Assembly: GCA_017882905.1 (NCBI GenBank)
Contig: JADGOO010000113.1
Span: 372-64,371, forward strand
Source of the DNA: Acidimicrobiia bacterium
GTDB lineage: Bacteria; Actinomycetota; Acidimicrobiia; IMCC26256; PALSA-610
DNA length: 64,000 bases
Reading direction: 5' to 3'
The position numbers were made by a program, and so were the translations under genes. Under the pieces are notes generated by a model that was given only the letters and a program-made list of their open reading frames with translations, was not told the DNA's origin and ran no database searches. Positions within the stretch are counted from its first letter, which is position 1. Each line of letters starts with the position of its first letter. Below, in pieces: positions 37,247 through 46,790 of this stretch.

Positions 37247-38629
37247 ATGACCGTTCCCGGCATGCTCGACGCGACGGAGCTCGCCGACCACATCCGTAGC
37301 GGCGCGATCGACACGGTGCTGGTGGTGTTCCCCGACCTGCAGGGGCGCCTCATGGGCAAGCGCGTCACGGGCCACTTCTGGCTCGAGCAGATGCGCGGTG
37401 GTCAGGGCGAGATCCACGCGTGCAACTACCTGCTCGCGGTCGACTCCGAGATGACGGTGCTCCCCGACTACCGCTACGCGAACTGGGACACCGGCTACGG
37501 CGACTTCGCGCTCGCGCCCGACCTCACCACGATCCGCCTCATCCCATGGCTCGAAGCGACCGCCCTCGTGATGTGCGACGTGGCCGACGAGCGCTCGGGC
37601 GCGCCGGTCGAGGTGTCACCGCGCCGCATCCTGCAACGGCAGGTGGAGCGCGCCGCGGCACTCGGCTACTCCGTCTACATGGGCTCCGAGCTCGAGTTCC
37701 TACTGTTCCGCGAAACGCTCGAAGAGGCGGCCGAGAAGCACTACACCGATCTCGCGCCACTCTCCAACGTCGTGCTCGATTACCACATCCTGCAGACCAC
37801 GCGCGACGAGTCGATCATCCGAGCGATCCGCAACGGGATGGACGGCGCAGGCGTACCCGTCGAGTTCAGCAAGGGTGAAGCCGAGAAGGGCCAGCACGAG
37901 ATCAACCTCTCGTACGCCGACGCGGTGACGATGGCCGACCGTCACGTGATCTACAAGAACGGCGCCAAGGAGATCGCACACCAGCACGGCCATGCGATCA
38001 CGTTCATGGCGAAGTACGACATCGACATGGTCGGATCGTCGTGTCACGTGCACTCGAGCGTGTGGAACGCCGACGGCTCGAAGTCGTTGATGTGGAGCGA
38101 CGACGGACCGCATCACCAATCCGAGGTCACCCAGGGCTGGCTCGGCGGCCTCATCGCCACCGGCCGCGAGCTCGCATGGATGCACGCCCCCACGGTCAAC
38201 TCGTACAAGCGTTACCAGCCCGAGTCCTGGGCGCCGACGGCGCTCGTCTGGGGCGAAGACAATCGCACGTGCGGGTTCCGCATGGTGGGCCACGGTCAGG
38301 GGTTCCGCGTGGAGTCACGCATCCCGGGCGCCGACGCCAACCCGTACCTCTCGTTCGCGGCCACGATCGCCGCGGGGTTGCACGGCATCGAGCTCGGGAT
38401 CACGCCCGGGTCGGTGTTCGCCGGCAACGCCTATGCCGCGCCCGACATCGCGCGCGTCCCGTGGAACATCGTGGAATCCATCGAGGAGTTCGAGCACTCG
38501 AAGGTTGCGATCGCCGCCTTTGGCGACGACGTGCACTACCACCTGTTGAACACCGCCCGGCAGGAATGGCGTGCGTTCAATCGTCACGTCACCGACTGGG
38601 AACGTCGGAGGAACTTCGACCAATGGTGA
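37247..38629 (+). CDS. Glutamine-synthetase-like gamma-glutamyl-amine ligase (PuuA/GlnA4 type)
   Basis: PDLQGRLMGKR, ELEF, GQHEIN, GSSCHVH, WGEDNRT, ESRIPGADANPY. Confidence 0.88.
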   Translation: MTVPGMLDATELADHIRSGAIDTVLVVFPDLQGRLMGKRVTGHFWLEQMRGGQGEIHACNYLLAVDSEMTVLPDYRYANWDTGYGDFALAPDLTTIRLIPWLEATALVMCDVADERSGAPVEVSPRRILQRQVERAAALGYSVYMGSELEFLLFRETLEEAAEKHYTDLAPLSNVVLDYHILQTTRDESIIRAIRNGMDGAGVPVEFSKGEAEKGQHEINLSYADAVTMADRHVIYKNGAKEIAHQHGHAITFMAKYDIDMVGSSCHVHSSVWNADGSKSLMWSDDGPHHQSEVTQGWLGGLIATGRELAWMHAPTVNSYKRYQPESWAPTALVWGEDNRTCGFRMVGHGQGFRVESRIPGADANPYLSFAATIAAGLHGIELGITPGSVFAGNAYAAPDIARVPWNIVESIEEFEHSKVAIAAFGDDVHYHLLNTARQEWRAFNRHVTDWERRRNFDQW

Positions 38630-38638
38630 GCACACACC

Positions 38639-38689
38639 CGAACATGCGTCAGAATCCGCGCAGCACACGGGGGAGCTGACGCATGTTCG
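38639..38689. repeat. 51-bp REP-like palindromic element, copy 2 (diverged); contains the RBS and ATG of the next gene
   Basis: cgaacatgcgtcag-N23-ctgacgcatgttcg: perfect 14-bp arms, same length and arm consensus as the other copies. Confidence 0.75.
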
Positions 38690-39435
38690 ATGGGAGACCG
38701 CTTGTTGGGCTCACCGCGCGGCGTCTCGCGCAAGGTCGCGTCTCGGGTTGGCAATCGGCCGGTAGCGGTGAGCGCGCGGGCTACATGGACCGCGTGCGCG
38801 CGGCCGGTGGCCTTCCGGTGCTCCTCGATCCCGCCCCCGGCGCCGCAGGTGACGCCGAAGACCTCGTGGCACGCCTCGATGCCCTCGTGCTCACGGGCGG
38901 TCCCGACGTGGAACCGTCGCGTTACGGGCAGGCCGCGCACGACAGCGTGTACGGCACCGATGCGCACGTCGACGACTTCGAGACGGCGATCACGCGTGCG
39001 GCGCTCGCCGCGCGCCTACCCGTGCTCGCCATCTGTCGGGGCATCCAAGTGCTCAACGTCGTGTGCGGCGGCACCCTGTACCAGCACATCCCCGACCGGC
39101 CCGGCGTGGAGCCCCACGGCCGTCCGGGTGAGCGCGACGGTGAGCGCATCCAGCGGATCGACATCGTCGGCGACTCTCGCCTGGCGCGAGTGATGGGCAC
39201 CACGGAGCCGATGTGCTCGTGTCACCACCATCAAGCAGTGGATCAATTGGGTGACGGGCTGCGAGTGGTCGGCCGCGCGGCTGACGGTGTGGTCGAGGCG
39301 ATCGAATTGATCGATCCCGGCGTGCCCGTGCTCGCCGTGCAATGGCATCCGGAAGACACCGCCGCGAACGACCCGGCCCAGCAAGCACTCTTCGACGCGG
39401 TGGTTGCCGATGCTCGCGCGGTGCACCACCATTGA
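38683..39435 (+). CDS. Gamma-glutamyl-gamma-aminobutyrate-hydrolase-like peptidase C26 (PuuD type)
   Basis: LVLTGGPDV, AICRGIQVLNV..GGTL, HHQAV, AVQWHPE. Confidence 0.88.
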   Translation: MFDGRPLVGLTARRLAQGRVSGWQSAGSGERAGYMDRVRAAGGLPVLLDPAPGAAGDAEDLVARLDALVLTGGPDVEPSRYGQAAHDSVYGTDAHVDDFETAITRAALAARLPVLAICRGIQVLNVVCGGTLYQHIPDRPGVEPHGRPGERDGERIQRIDIVGDSRLARVMGTTEPMCSCHHHQAVDQLGDGLRVVGRAADGVVEAIELIDPGVPVLAVQWHPEDTAANDPAQQALFDAVVADARAVHHH

Positions 39436-40073
39436 GCCACGGTCCCCAACCGCGGCGGCTCGCCGGCGCGGTCGTCGCAGTGCTCCTCGCGGCCTCGTGC
39501 CGGGGTGGCGGCCCGGCCGCGGCCCCGGCGGCGACGCGCACCATCACGGTCGCCGGCCACGCGGCAACCGAGACCGGGAACGGCACCACAGCGATCGTGC
39601 TCGTGCACGGCGCGTCGACCCACAAGGATTCGTGGTACCCGCTCATGCCGGCCCTCGCGAGCGCGGGATACACGGCGTTGGCGCTCGACTTGGGCTCCGA
39701 CCGCGCCGGAGCCGTGCAGGCCGCGGTCACCTACGTGCGCGCCCACGGTTCGCGCACTGTGGTGCTCATGGGCTCGTCACTCGGCGCGCAGAACGCGCTC
39801 GACGCGTCGCAACACGGTGACTACGCCGCGGTCGTCACGTTCTCGGCAGTCACCGCGGTGACGACGCACCTGCCCGTGCTCGCCATTGCATCGCGCGATG
39901 ATCCCACCGCCGACACGGTTTCCATCGCCCACCAGATCGTGGCGGGCTCCGGTACCGGGAGCGAGACGTTCGTCGTGACGGGTTCCACGCACGGTGTGGC
40001 ACTCGTGCCGAAGCATCCCGAGGCGGTCAAGGAGCTCCTGCGGTGGCTGCACGGCGAGCTGCTCGCGCACTGA
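39432..40073 (+). CDS. Small alpha/beta-hydrolase-fold lipoprotein
   Basis: TTG start overlapping the upstream stop, lipobox-like LAASC, VHG, MGSSLGA, HG. Confidence 0.65.
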   Translation: MSHGPQPRRLAGAVVAVLLAASCRGGGPAAAPAATRTITVAGHAATETGNGTTAIVLVHGASTHKDSWYPLMPALASAGYTALALDLGSDRAGAVQAAVTYVRAHGSRTVVLMGSSLGAQNALDASQHGDYAAVVTFSAVTAVTTHLPVLAIASRDDPTADTVSIAHQIVAGSGTGSETFVVTGSTHGVALVPKHPEAVKELLRWLHGELLAH

Positions 40074-42067
40074 CCGCGTCGGCGCGCAAGACCGGCGCGA
40101 GCGTCGCCCACCAGCGGTGGCTTCCGGCCGCTCCGTAGTGGTCGCCGTCGGGACGCATGATCACACCGTCGACCACCTGCGCGTAACGACCGTCGGGGCA
40201 CACGAGCTTCGTCCAGCTGACGACCTTCACCGTGCGCGGGAACTCGACGGCGAGCTCCGCGAGCGATTCGTTCACGGCCGCCACGTTGCGCGGATCGCGT
40301 CGCGAGACCGCGTCGGGCGTGTCGCCCGGAACGCCTGCGCACGGCACCTCGAGGAAGTCGACGGCTGCTCCCCGAGCGCTCAGGATGTTCACCGCCCGAC
40401 GCAGCTGCGTGAGGAGCACGGCGCGATACGCAGGCGAGCCGGCCCGTACCACGTGCCCGGCGATGAACCGGTCGACGGTCTCCCACGGGCCGAGCTCGAC
40501 GACCACAAGATCGGGGTCGGCGGCCGTCACGTCGGCTCGCCACTGCGCGGGCCATTGCGCGCACACGCTCGTGCCCGTGTGGTCGACCGAGGCCACTGAC
40601 CCGCTCATGATGCCGCACCCGATCACCGGACGCGATTCCCAGACCGCGCCCTGCAAGGGCGCGCTCGGCGGCGCAAGAGCGAGCGTCTCGAGCACCGAAT
40701 CGCCGCGCAACATGATGACGGGGTCGTGCGGATGGAGCGAGCGCTCGCGCGCCAGCGCGGGCGCGTCGGACGCCAGCCCGGACGGCACCGACGCCGTCGC
40801 GACGATCACCAACGCCGCGCTCGTCGCCGCACACGTCGCGACGAGCGCCCCACCCAGCACCACGCGCCGCCGTCGGCTCGCAATGCGCGCCATGAGCAAG
40901 CCGAGCCCGTGCCGGCGAATCGGGCGCTCCAGCAGGAAGTACGAGGTGATCGCCGCCCCGAACGCGGCCGCGAAGCGTGTCGCGAGCAGGCTGCCTCCGT
41001 GCAGGTCGAAGTGCGCCGCGCTGATCCAGACGAAGATCGGCCAGTGCCACACGTAGAGCCCGTACGAGATCTGCCCGACGGCGCGCAGCGGTCGCCACGC
41101 CAGAGCGCGTCGCAGCGCCGTGCCCGGCCGCACGCACGCCATGACGACGGCCGTGGAGGCCAGCGCCACCACGAAGAAGCCGCCTTCGTTGTAACGGTTC
41201 CACGTGTCACCGCGCGTCGCGACGAGCACGACGAGGGCCACGCTCCCCACCGCGCCCACGCGGCCGATCAGCCTCGATCGCGACGGCGACGAGCCCGCGT
41301 CGCGCGTCCACCAGAGCGAGAGGACGGCACCCATCAGCAGTGCGAAGGCCCGCGTGTCGGTTCCGAAGTACACGCGATTCACGTCTCGTGTGATCACGTA
41401 GAGCACGCACATCCACGCGGCCGAGGCCGCGCACAGTGCGGCGGCGATACCCGCCCAGGAGCTTCGTGCGACGCGCCGCGGCCGCCTCGTCGAGCATCGG
41501 ATCGAAGCTTGGGTCGGACCCAGCGCGTCGCCGCAACACGAGCAGGCACACGAGGGGCCAGGCGAGGTACCACTGCTCCTCGATCGCGAGCGACCACATG
41601 TGCGCGAGGGGCGACGGGAAGAACGGGTTGAAGTACACGCTGCCCGACCAGATCGCGTGCCAGTTCTGGACGTACAGCAGCGTCCAGATGCCGTCGGAGC
41701 GGATCTGGGGGATCTCGAGTGGTTGCGCGGCGAAGTGGGCGTAGACGGCGACGAACGCCACGACGGCGAACACGGCCGGGAGCAGTCGACGCGCCCGCCG
41801 CCGGTAGAACACGCGCAGATCGATGCGGCCACCCGCGTTGGCCTCCGCGACCAGCAGCGACGTGATCAGGAAGCCCGAAAGCACGAAGAACACGTCGACG
41901 CCGATGAATCCGCCCTTGGCGAGGCTCACCGACCCGTGGTACGCCATCACCGCGAGCACGGCCACGGCGCGCAGGCCATCGAGCGCCGGTTCGTACGGCA
42001 TGTGCGACGTCACCGCGCCGGCCGGTCGACGCTGGTGCACCGGCGCGACGGCCGTGGCGTCGGTCAC
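40027..42067 (-). pseudogene. Acyltransferase-3 + SGNH O-acyltransferase (OafA/OatA/YrhL type) split by a one-base frameshift near 41450-41456
   Basis: N-part (LDGLRA, GGFIGVDVFFVLSGFLIT, HMWSLAIEEQ) and C-part (YFGTDTR, GQISYGLYVWHWP, GDS, DGDH) are in different frames; removing one G from ctgggcgggtatc joins them. Confidence 0.8.
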
Positions 42068-43485
42068 CCGGTGCCGGTCGTTCCGAGGTCGGCGACGTAG
42101 CGCTCGACCGCGGTGCCTGCGAAGAACTCGGAGCCGAGCATCTCGATCACGTTGTCGCACGTGAACGAGCGGAACTGCTCCTCGTTCATCCGCCCGTGCT
42201 CGACGAGCTCCCACGCTTCGGGGAGCACACCGAGGAAGTCAGGTACATCCCAGTGCCCGATGTCGGAAGCGAACATGGCGCGCAGCTCGATGCCACCCGG
42301 GTGCGCGGCGCGGTCGAAGGCGAGCGCGTTCATCGGGTCGTCGGCTTCACAGCCGAAGAACCACTGACGCGAGAACACGTCGGCCAGCTCGGCCGTGGAG
42401 GTGATCCGCGATGACGCCCACTCGTCGAGATCGCCCGGCAGCTCGTCGGGATCCGCCAAGAACGACAGACCTTCGCCGAGTCGCTCGACCCTCGCCAGCA
42501 TCCCCGGCTCACCGTGTTCGCGCACGAGCCGTTCGAGCAGCGCGCGATCGAGGCGCCTGGGGTCGTAGTGCGCCAGCGCACCACGATTGCGCTTGTCGTA
42601 GTGGCTGCACAGGTCGGCGTAGAGCTGCGCGGCCCATGACACGCCGCCCTCGAGAAATCCGCAACGCAGCTGCGGGAAGCGGCGCGGCATACCCCCGAAC
42701 AGCAGCGACCGCGCCACCGCTTCGCTCCCCGCCGCGAAGTTGCCGATGTGGTTGGCCACGTAGCTGCGCGGCGACGTGCGGCTCCCGAACCCGATGCCCG
42801 TGGAGTGGAACGTGGGCGACACGCCGAGCTCGACGCAGCGCGCCCACAACGGGTCGTAGTCGTAGGCGCTGTCGAGACCCAGGCCATCGACCCAACGAGC
42901 CGCGCGCACGCCGTCCGCGCCCGGCGTGGGGCGCAACACGAGCCCGCCGAACAGGAAGGCACGCAGGCCGAGCGTGCCGTGCGCGTACTCGAGCTCGGCG
43001 AGGGCTTCCTGCGGCGTGTACGTGGGGATCACCGCCACCGGTCGCAGCCGACCGGCGTACGGCGCGTAGCACTCCGCGTAGTAGCGGTTGCACGCGCGCG
43101 CCAGCCCGCACCGCAGCTCGTCGTCGTCGAGCGCCATCGGCATCAGCCCGAGCGTCGGGTAGAGCACAGCCAGATCGATCCCGAGATCGTCGAGGCGTTC
43201 GGCGAGCAGCCGGGGCAGCATCGCGGTCGCCCGGTCGAGCGTGTTCGCCGCCGGGAGACCCCACCACCCACTGCGGCTGTAGCCGGCCGAGCGGCGCGTC
43301 GCGTCGTCGAGCGGGCGTATCAACGCCGGGCCGTTGATGGTGGCGTCGAAGCGCCGAGCCACCGATTCGCCCGCGTCACCGGCAAGGAAATCGCGCACGA
43401 GCGGAACGAGCTCGATGATGTGACCGTCGGCATCGATCACGGGATGGTCGAGGCGGTCCCGGATCTCGCACCCCGGCGTGATCAC
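42064..43485 (-). CDS. Amidohydrolase_2 family protein
   Basis: PVIDADGH, PTFH, GFLEGG, MFASDIGHWD; GTGA-coupled. Confidence 0.85.
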   Translation of the reverse strand: MITPGCEIRDRLDHPVIDADGHIIELVPLVRDFLAGDAGESVARRFDATINGPALIRPLDDATRRSAGYSRSGWWGLPAANTLDRATAMLPRLLAERLDDLGIDLAVLYPTLGLMPMALDDDELRCGLARACNRYYAECYAPYAGRLRPVAVIPTYTPQEALAELEYAHGTLGLRAFLFGGLVLRPTPGADGVRAARWVDGLGLDSAYDYDPLWARCVELGVSPTFHSTGIGFGSRTSPRSYVANHIGNFAAGSEAVARSLLFGGMPRRFPQLRCGFLEGGVSWAAQLYADLCSHYDKRNRGALAHYDPRRLDRALLERLVREHGEPGMLARVERLGEGLSFLADPDELPGDLDEWASSRITSTAELADVFSRQWFFGCEADDPMNALAFDRAAHPGGIELRAMFASDIGHWDVPDFLGVLPEAWELVEHGRMNEEQFRSFTCDNVIEMLGSEFFAGTAVERYVADLGTTGTG

Positions 43486-44393
43486 AGCGGACGGAATGCC
43501 TCGACTGCGTCGGTCACGAACTGCACGAGACCGCCCGGCGTGCGCATGTTGCGACCGGTGCCGACCGACACGCTCGTCACACCGATGCCCGCCAGCCACT
43601 CGTTCGCGGTGCGGGTCGCGTCGATGTCGAGACGGTCGTCGTCTCGCCACACCACCTTCGCAGCGGCGCGCACTCCGAACGACTGCGCGTCGCGACCGCG
43701 CGCCGCGACTGCCGCGTGCAGCGCGACGATGCCGGCACGCAGCTCGTCGGGGGTGGTCGTGTGGATCGGGAGCCATCCCGAGCCGAGCTCGGCGATGCGC
43801 TCGATGTGATCGCCCTCCGCGGCCACGCCGTACCAGAGCGGCACTCCGGTCAGCGGGGCTTGCTGGGCCGGCTGCGGCATGCACCACGTGGGTCCGAAGC
43901 TCACCGTGGAGCTGCTGAACGACACCGGTGGAGGCTGCGTCCACAGCGCCGCGCAGGCGCGCAGCCCGTCGTCGAGGAGTGCCCACCGTTGCTTCCACGC
44001 GACGGCGGCCGCCGCGTACTCCTCGCGCTGCCAACCCGTGCCGACGCCGAGATCAACGCGACCCTTCGAGATCTGATCGAGCGTGGCGATCGATTTCGCG
44101 AGCAACGCCGGTGCGCGCAACGGTGTGATGAGGATGCCGGTGCCCAGCCGCACTCGTTCGGTGACGGCCGCGATCGCGGCGAGCAGTGTGACCGGCTCGG
44201 GCCACGGTTCATCGGGTGCGTAGGGGAACGTGCCGAATGGGTAGCGATCGGTACGGTCGCCCATCACCACGTGGTCGGCGAGCACGAGCTGGTCGGCGCC
44301 GGCCTCGTCGATCGCGCGAGCCGCGTCGAGCACGCGCGACAGATCGTTGTCGAACAGGCGCGAGAACCCCGAGATCGTGACGCTCACCAGCAC
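43482..44393 (-). CDS. LLM-class F420-dependent oxidoreductase (TIGR03619-like)
   Basis: LVLADHV, RVRLGTGILI, SKGRVDLGVGTGWQREEY. Confidence 0.85.
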   Translation of the reverse strand: MLVSVTISGFSRLFDNDLSRVLDAARAIDEAGADQLVLADHVVMGDRTDRYPFGTFPYAPDEPWPEPVTLLAAIAAVTERVRLGTGILITPLRAPALLAKSIATLDQISKGRVDLGVGTGWQREEYAAAAVAWKQRWALLDDGLRACAALWTQPPPVSFSSSTVSFGPTWCMPQPAQQAPLTGVPLWYGVAAEGDHIERIAELGSGWLPIHTTTPDELRAGIVALHAAVAARGRDAQSFGVRAAAKVVWRDDDRLDIDATRTANEWLAGIGVTSVSVGTGRNMRTPGGLVQFVTDAVEAFRPL

Positions 44394-44426
44394 GACGGTC
44401 GTCAGCCCTTCAGGTCACCCGGTGGC

Positions 44427-45203
44427 TCACGGGAAGCGATTCGGGAACAGCAGTGCGTCGGTGCCCCCGTCGACGAAGAGGTTCGCGCCATGCACATACC
44501 GCGCGCCATCGGAGATCAGCCAGTCGATCACGTCGGCGATGTCGTCGGGCTTGCCGCGCCGGCCCAGCGGGATCGGGATCGACTCGATGAGATCCTTGGT
44601 GGCCGGGTCGTCGAGGCCTTGTTGGAGCAACGGCGTGTCGAAGGCGCCCGGCGCGACGGAGTTGATCCGCACCCCGAGCGCGCCGAGGTCGGCCGCGCGC
44701 CGGCGCACATAACGTCCGATCGCGACCTTCGACGCGGCGTACGCCACGGCCGGGTGCGCGTCGCCAGCCAGTGCGAGGGCGGCCACCTCATCGCCCGCGC
44801 CGCACGCGTCGGCCAGCGCACCACTCGCACCGGGCGTCATCGTGGTGGAGTTCGACGAGATCATCACCACGGCCGGCCCGTCACTACCGGCGCCGAGCGC
44901 CTCGAGCAGCCCCTCCACCGTGGCGACGGCTCCGAAGTAGTTGACGGCGACGATCCGTTCGCTCGGATGTTGCGGGCCTACTCCCGCGCAGGGAACGACC
45001 GCGTCGAGCACGCCGCCACACGCGGTGAACACGCCGCCGACGGCGGCGGCCCGCCCCCGTTCCGACGACAGGTCGGCACTGATCTCGCACGAGTGCACAT
45101 CGACGCCGATGACGCGCGCGCCAGCGCCTTCGAGGCGCGCGCGCAGTGCCTTGCCGAGCCCCGATGCGGCGCCGGTGATCGCAATCGTGCGCGTGCGCGC
45201 CAT
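44427..45203 (-). CDS. SDR, 3-alpha-hydroxysteroid-dehydrogenase-like
   Basis: ITGAASGLG, VNYFG, YAASK, VDGGTD. Confidence 0.85.
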   Translation of the reverse strand: MARTRTIAITGAASGLGKALRARLEGAGARVIGVDVHSCEISADLSSERGRAAAVGGVFTACGGVLDAVVPCAGVGPQHPSERIVAVNYFGAVATVEGLLEALGAGSDGPAVVMISSNSTTMTPGASGALADACGAGDEVAALALAGDAHPAVAYAASKVAIGRYVRRRAADLGALGVRINSVAPGAFDTPLLQQGLDDPATKDLIESIPIPLGRRGKPDDIADVIDWLISDGARYVHGANLFVDGGTDALLFPNRFP

Positions 45204-45222
45204 CGCGCCCCTCCCGGGATCG

Positions 45223-46776
45223 TTACGAACCGAGGAGCTGCTTGCGCAGCTCGTGCTTGGGCACCTTGCCGCTGGGGTTGCGCGGCATCTGGTCGATGAT
45301 CATGACGCGTTCGGGGATCTTCTGCGTCATGAGCCCAGCACTGCGACAGTGGGCGAAGATGTCTTCGATGGTCGGCGGCGCCGCCGCGTCCTTCGGTTGG
45401 ATCGCCGCCACGACCATCTCGCCGCGATCGGTGTCGGGGATGCCGAACACGGCCACGTCGGCCACACCGTCCATCGTGTAGAGCGTGTCTTCCACCTCTT
45501 TGGCCGACACGTTCTCACCCTTGCGGATGATGATGTCCTTGATCCGGCCCGTGATCACGATGGTGCCGTCGGCGAGGAAGCGCGCCAGGTCACCCGATCG
45601 GAAGTAGCCGTCGGGCGTGAACGCGTCGGCGTCGAGCGACGGATCGGTGTAGCCCCGCATGACCTGCGGCGCCTTCACCGTCACTTCGCCCTCTTCGCCC
45701 GGCCCGACCGGGTTGCCGTCGCGGTCGCGCAGCACGATGTCGACCCCGGGCGTAGGTGTGCCTTCGCCTTTGATCTTCGACTCGTCGGAAGCGTCCATGT
45801 CGGTCTGGGTGATGATCGGCGCTTCGCTGAGGCCGTAGCCCGATGTGATCCCCTGCGTGGCGCTGGGCACGATCACTCGGATCTGATCGTGCTGCAACGG
45901 CGGCTTCGGTGAACCACCACCGGGGAACGCGCGGATCGTCGCGTAGGCCTCGGGGCGCGTTTCGGCTTCGGCCATCATCATCTGGTGGATCGCGGGCGCG
46001 CCGTTGCCGAGCGTGATCTTGTGGCGGGCGATGAGCTCGGTCGCGACCTGCGGCGAGAACGATTCCATCAGCACCGCCGTCGAGCCGGTGAGCAACGGCG
46101 TGAAGACGCCGATGATGGCGCCACCCACGTGCGTGAACGGGAACGCCACGATGGCGATGTCGTCTTCCACCACGTGCGTCTTCAGCGCGTAGCCGATCGC
46201 CGCCGCCATCACGCTGCGGTCGGTGTGCTGCGCGCCCTTCGGGTCGCTCGTGGTGCCCGACGTGTAGAAGATCCACCGCACCGGATCGGCGTCGCGATCT
46301 TCAGTGCACTGCGTAGGAGGCTCCAAGACGGCTGGGTCGCCTTCGGGGTTCCAGCGGTCGGCGACGATCGCCTGCGGCTTGCCCGTGCCGTTGTCGTGCT
46401 GCACCTGCTCGGCGAGCGCGTGGAAGTCGAAGTTGTTCCACCGGCTCGGCGTGATGATGAACTCGGTGGCGAGCTGGCCGGTGATGAAGCTGATCTCCTT
46501 GTGGCGGTAGATCGGCAGCATCGGGTTCTGCACCGCACCGATGCGGCACAGCGCACCCACGAGCACGGCCGACTCGATCCACGTGGGCAGCTGCCACGAC
46601 ACGTGCATGCCGGGCCGCACACCGAGGTCGTACCAGCCGGCCGCGGCGCGCTCGACCATGTCGCGGTACTGCGCGAACGTGACCGCGCGGTCGTCGGCGT
46701 AGAGCATGACGCGTTCGGGCGTGCGCGCGGCACGGCGCTCGACGAGCTCCCAGACGGTCTTGGCATCATCCAGCAT
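45223..46776 (-). CDS. Acyl-CoA ligase (cyclohexanecarboxylate-CoA-ligase-like)
   Basis: FYTSGTTSDPKG, YGLSE, FRSGD, IRKGENVS, PRNPSGK. Confidence 0.88.
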   Translation of the reverse strand: MLDDAKTVWELVERRAARTPERVMLYADDRAVTFAQYRDMVERAAAGWYDLGVRPGMHVSWQLPTWIESAVLVGALCRIGAVQNPMLPIYRHKEISFITGQLATEFIITPSRWNNFDFHALAEQVQHDNGTGKPQAIVADRWNPEGDPAVLEPPTQCTEDRDADPVRWIFYTSGTTSDPKGAQHTDRSVMAAAIGYALKTHVVEDDIAIVAFPFTHVGGAIIGVFTPLLTGSTAVLMESFSPQVATELIARHKITLGNGAPAIHQMMMAEAETRPEAYATIRAFPGGGSPKPPLQHDQIRVIVPSATQGITSGYGLSEAPIITQTDMDASDESKIKGEGTPTPGVDIVLRDRDGNPVGPGEEGEVTVKAPQVMRGYTDPSLDADAFTPDGYFRSGDLARFLADGTIVITGRIKDIIIRKGENVSAKEVEDTLYTMDGVADVAVFGIPDTDRGEMVVAAIQPKDAAAPPTIEDIFAHCRSAGLMTQKIPERVMIIDQMPRNPSGKVPKHELRKQLLGS

Positions 46777-46790
46777 CGTGGTACCCGGTC

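Noticed and set aside
37247-38629. Calling this gene glnA
   Set aside because: Context with a C26 hydrolase and amine permease, and lack of GSI-beta features, favour a gamma-glutamyl-amine ligase
40027-40073. Convergent 3' overlaps (also 3337-3360, 12350-12357, 20489-20501) as antisense regulation
   Set aside because: Short tail-to-tail overlaps are routine in compact high-GC genomes
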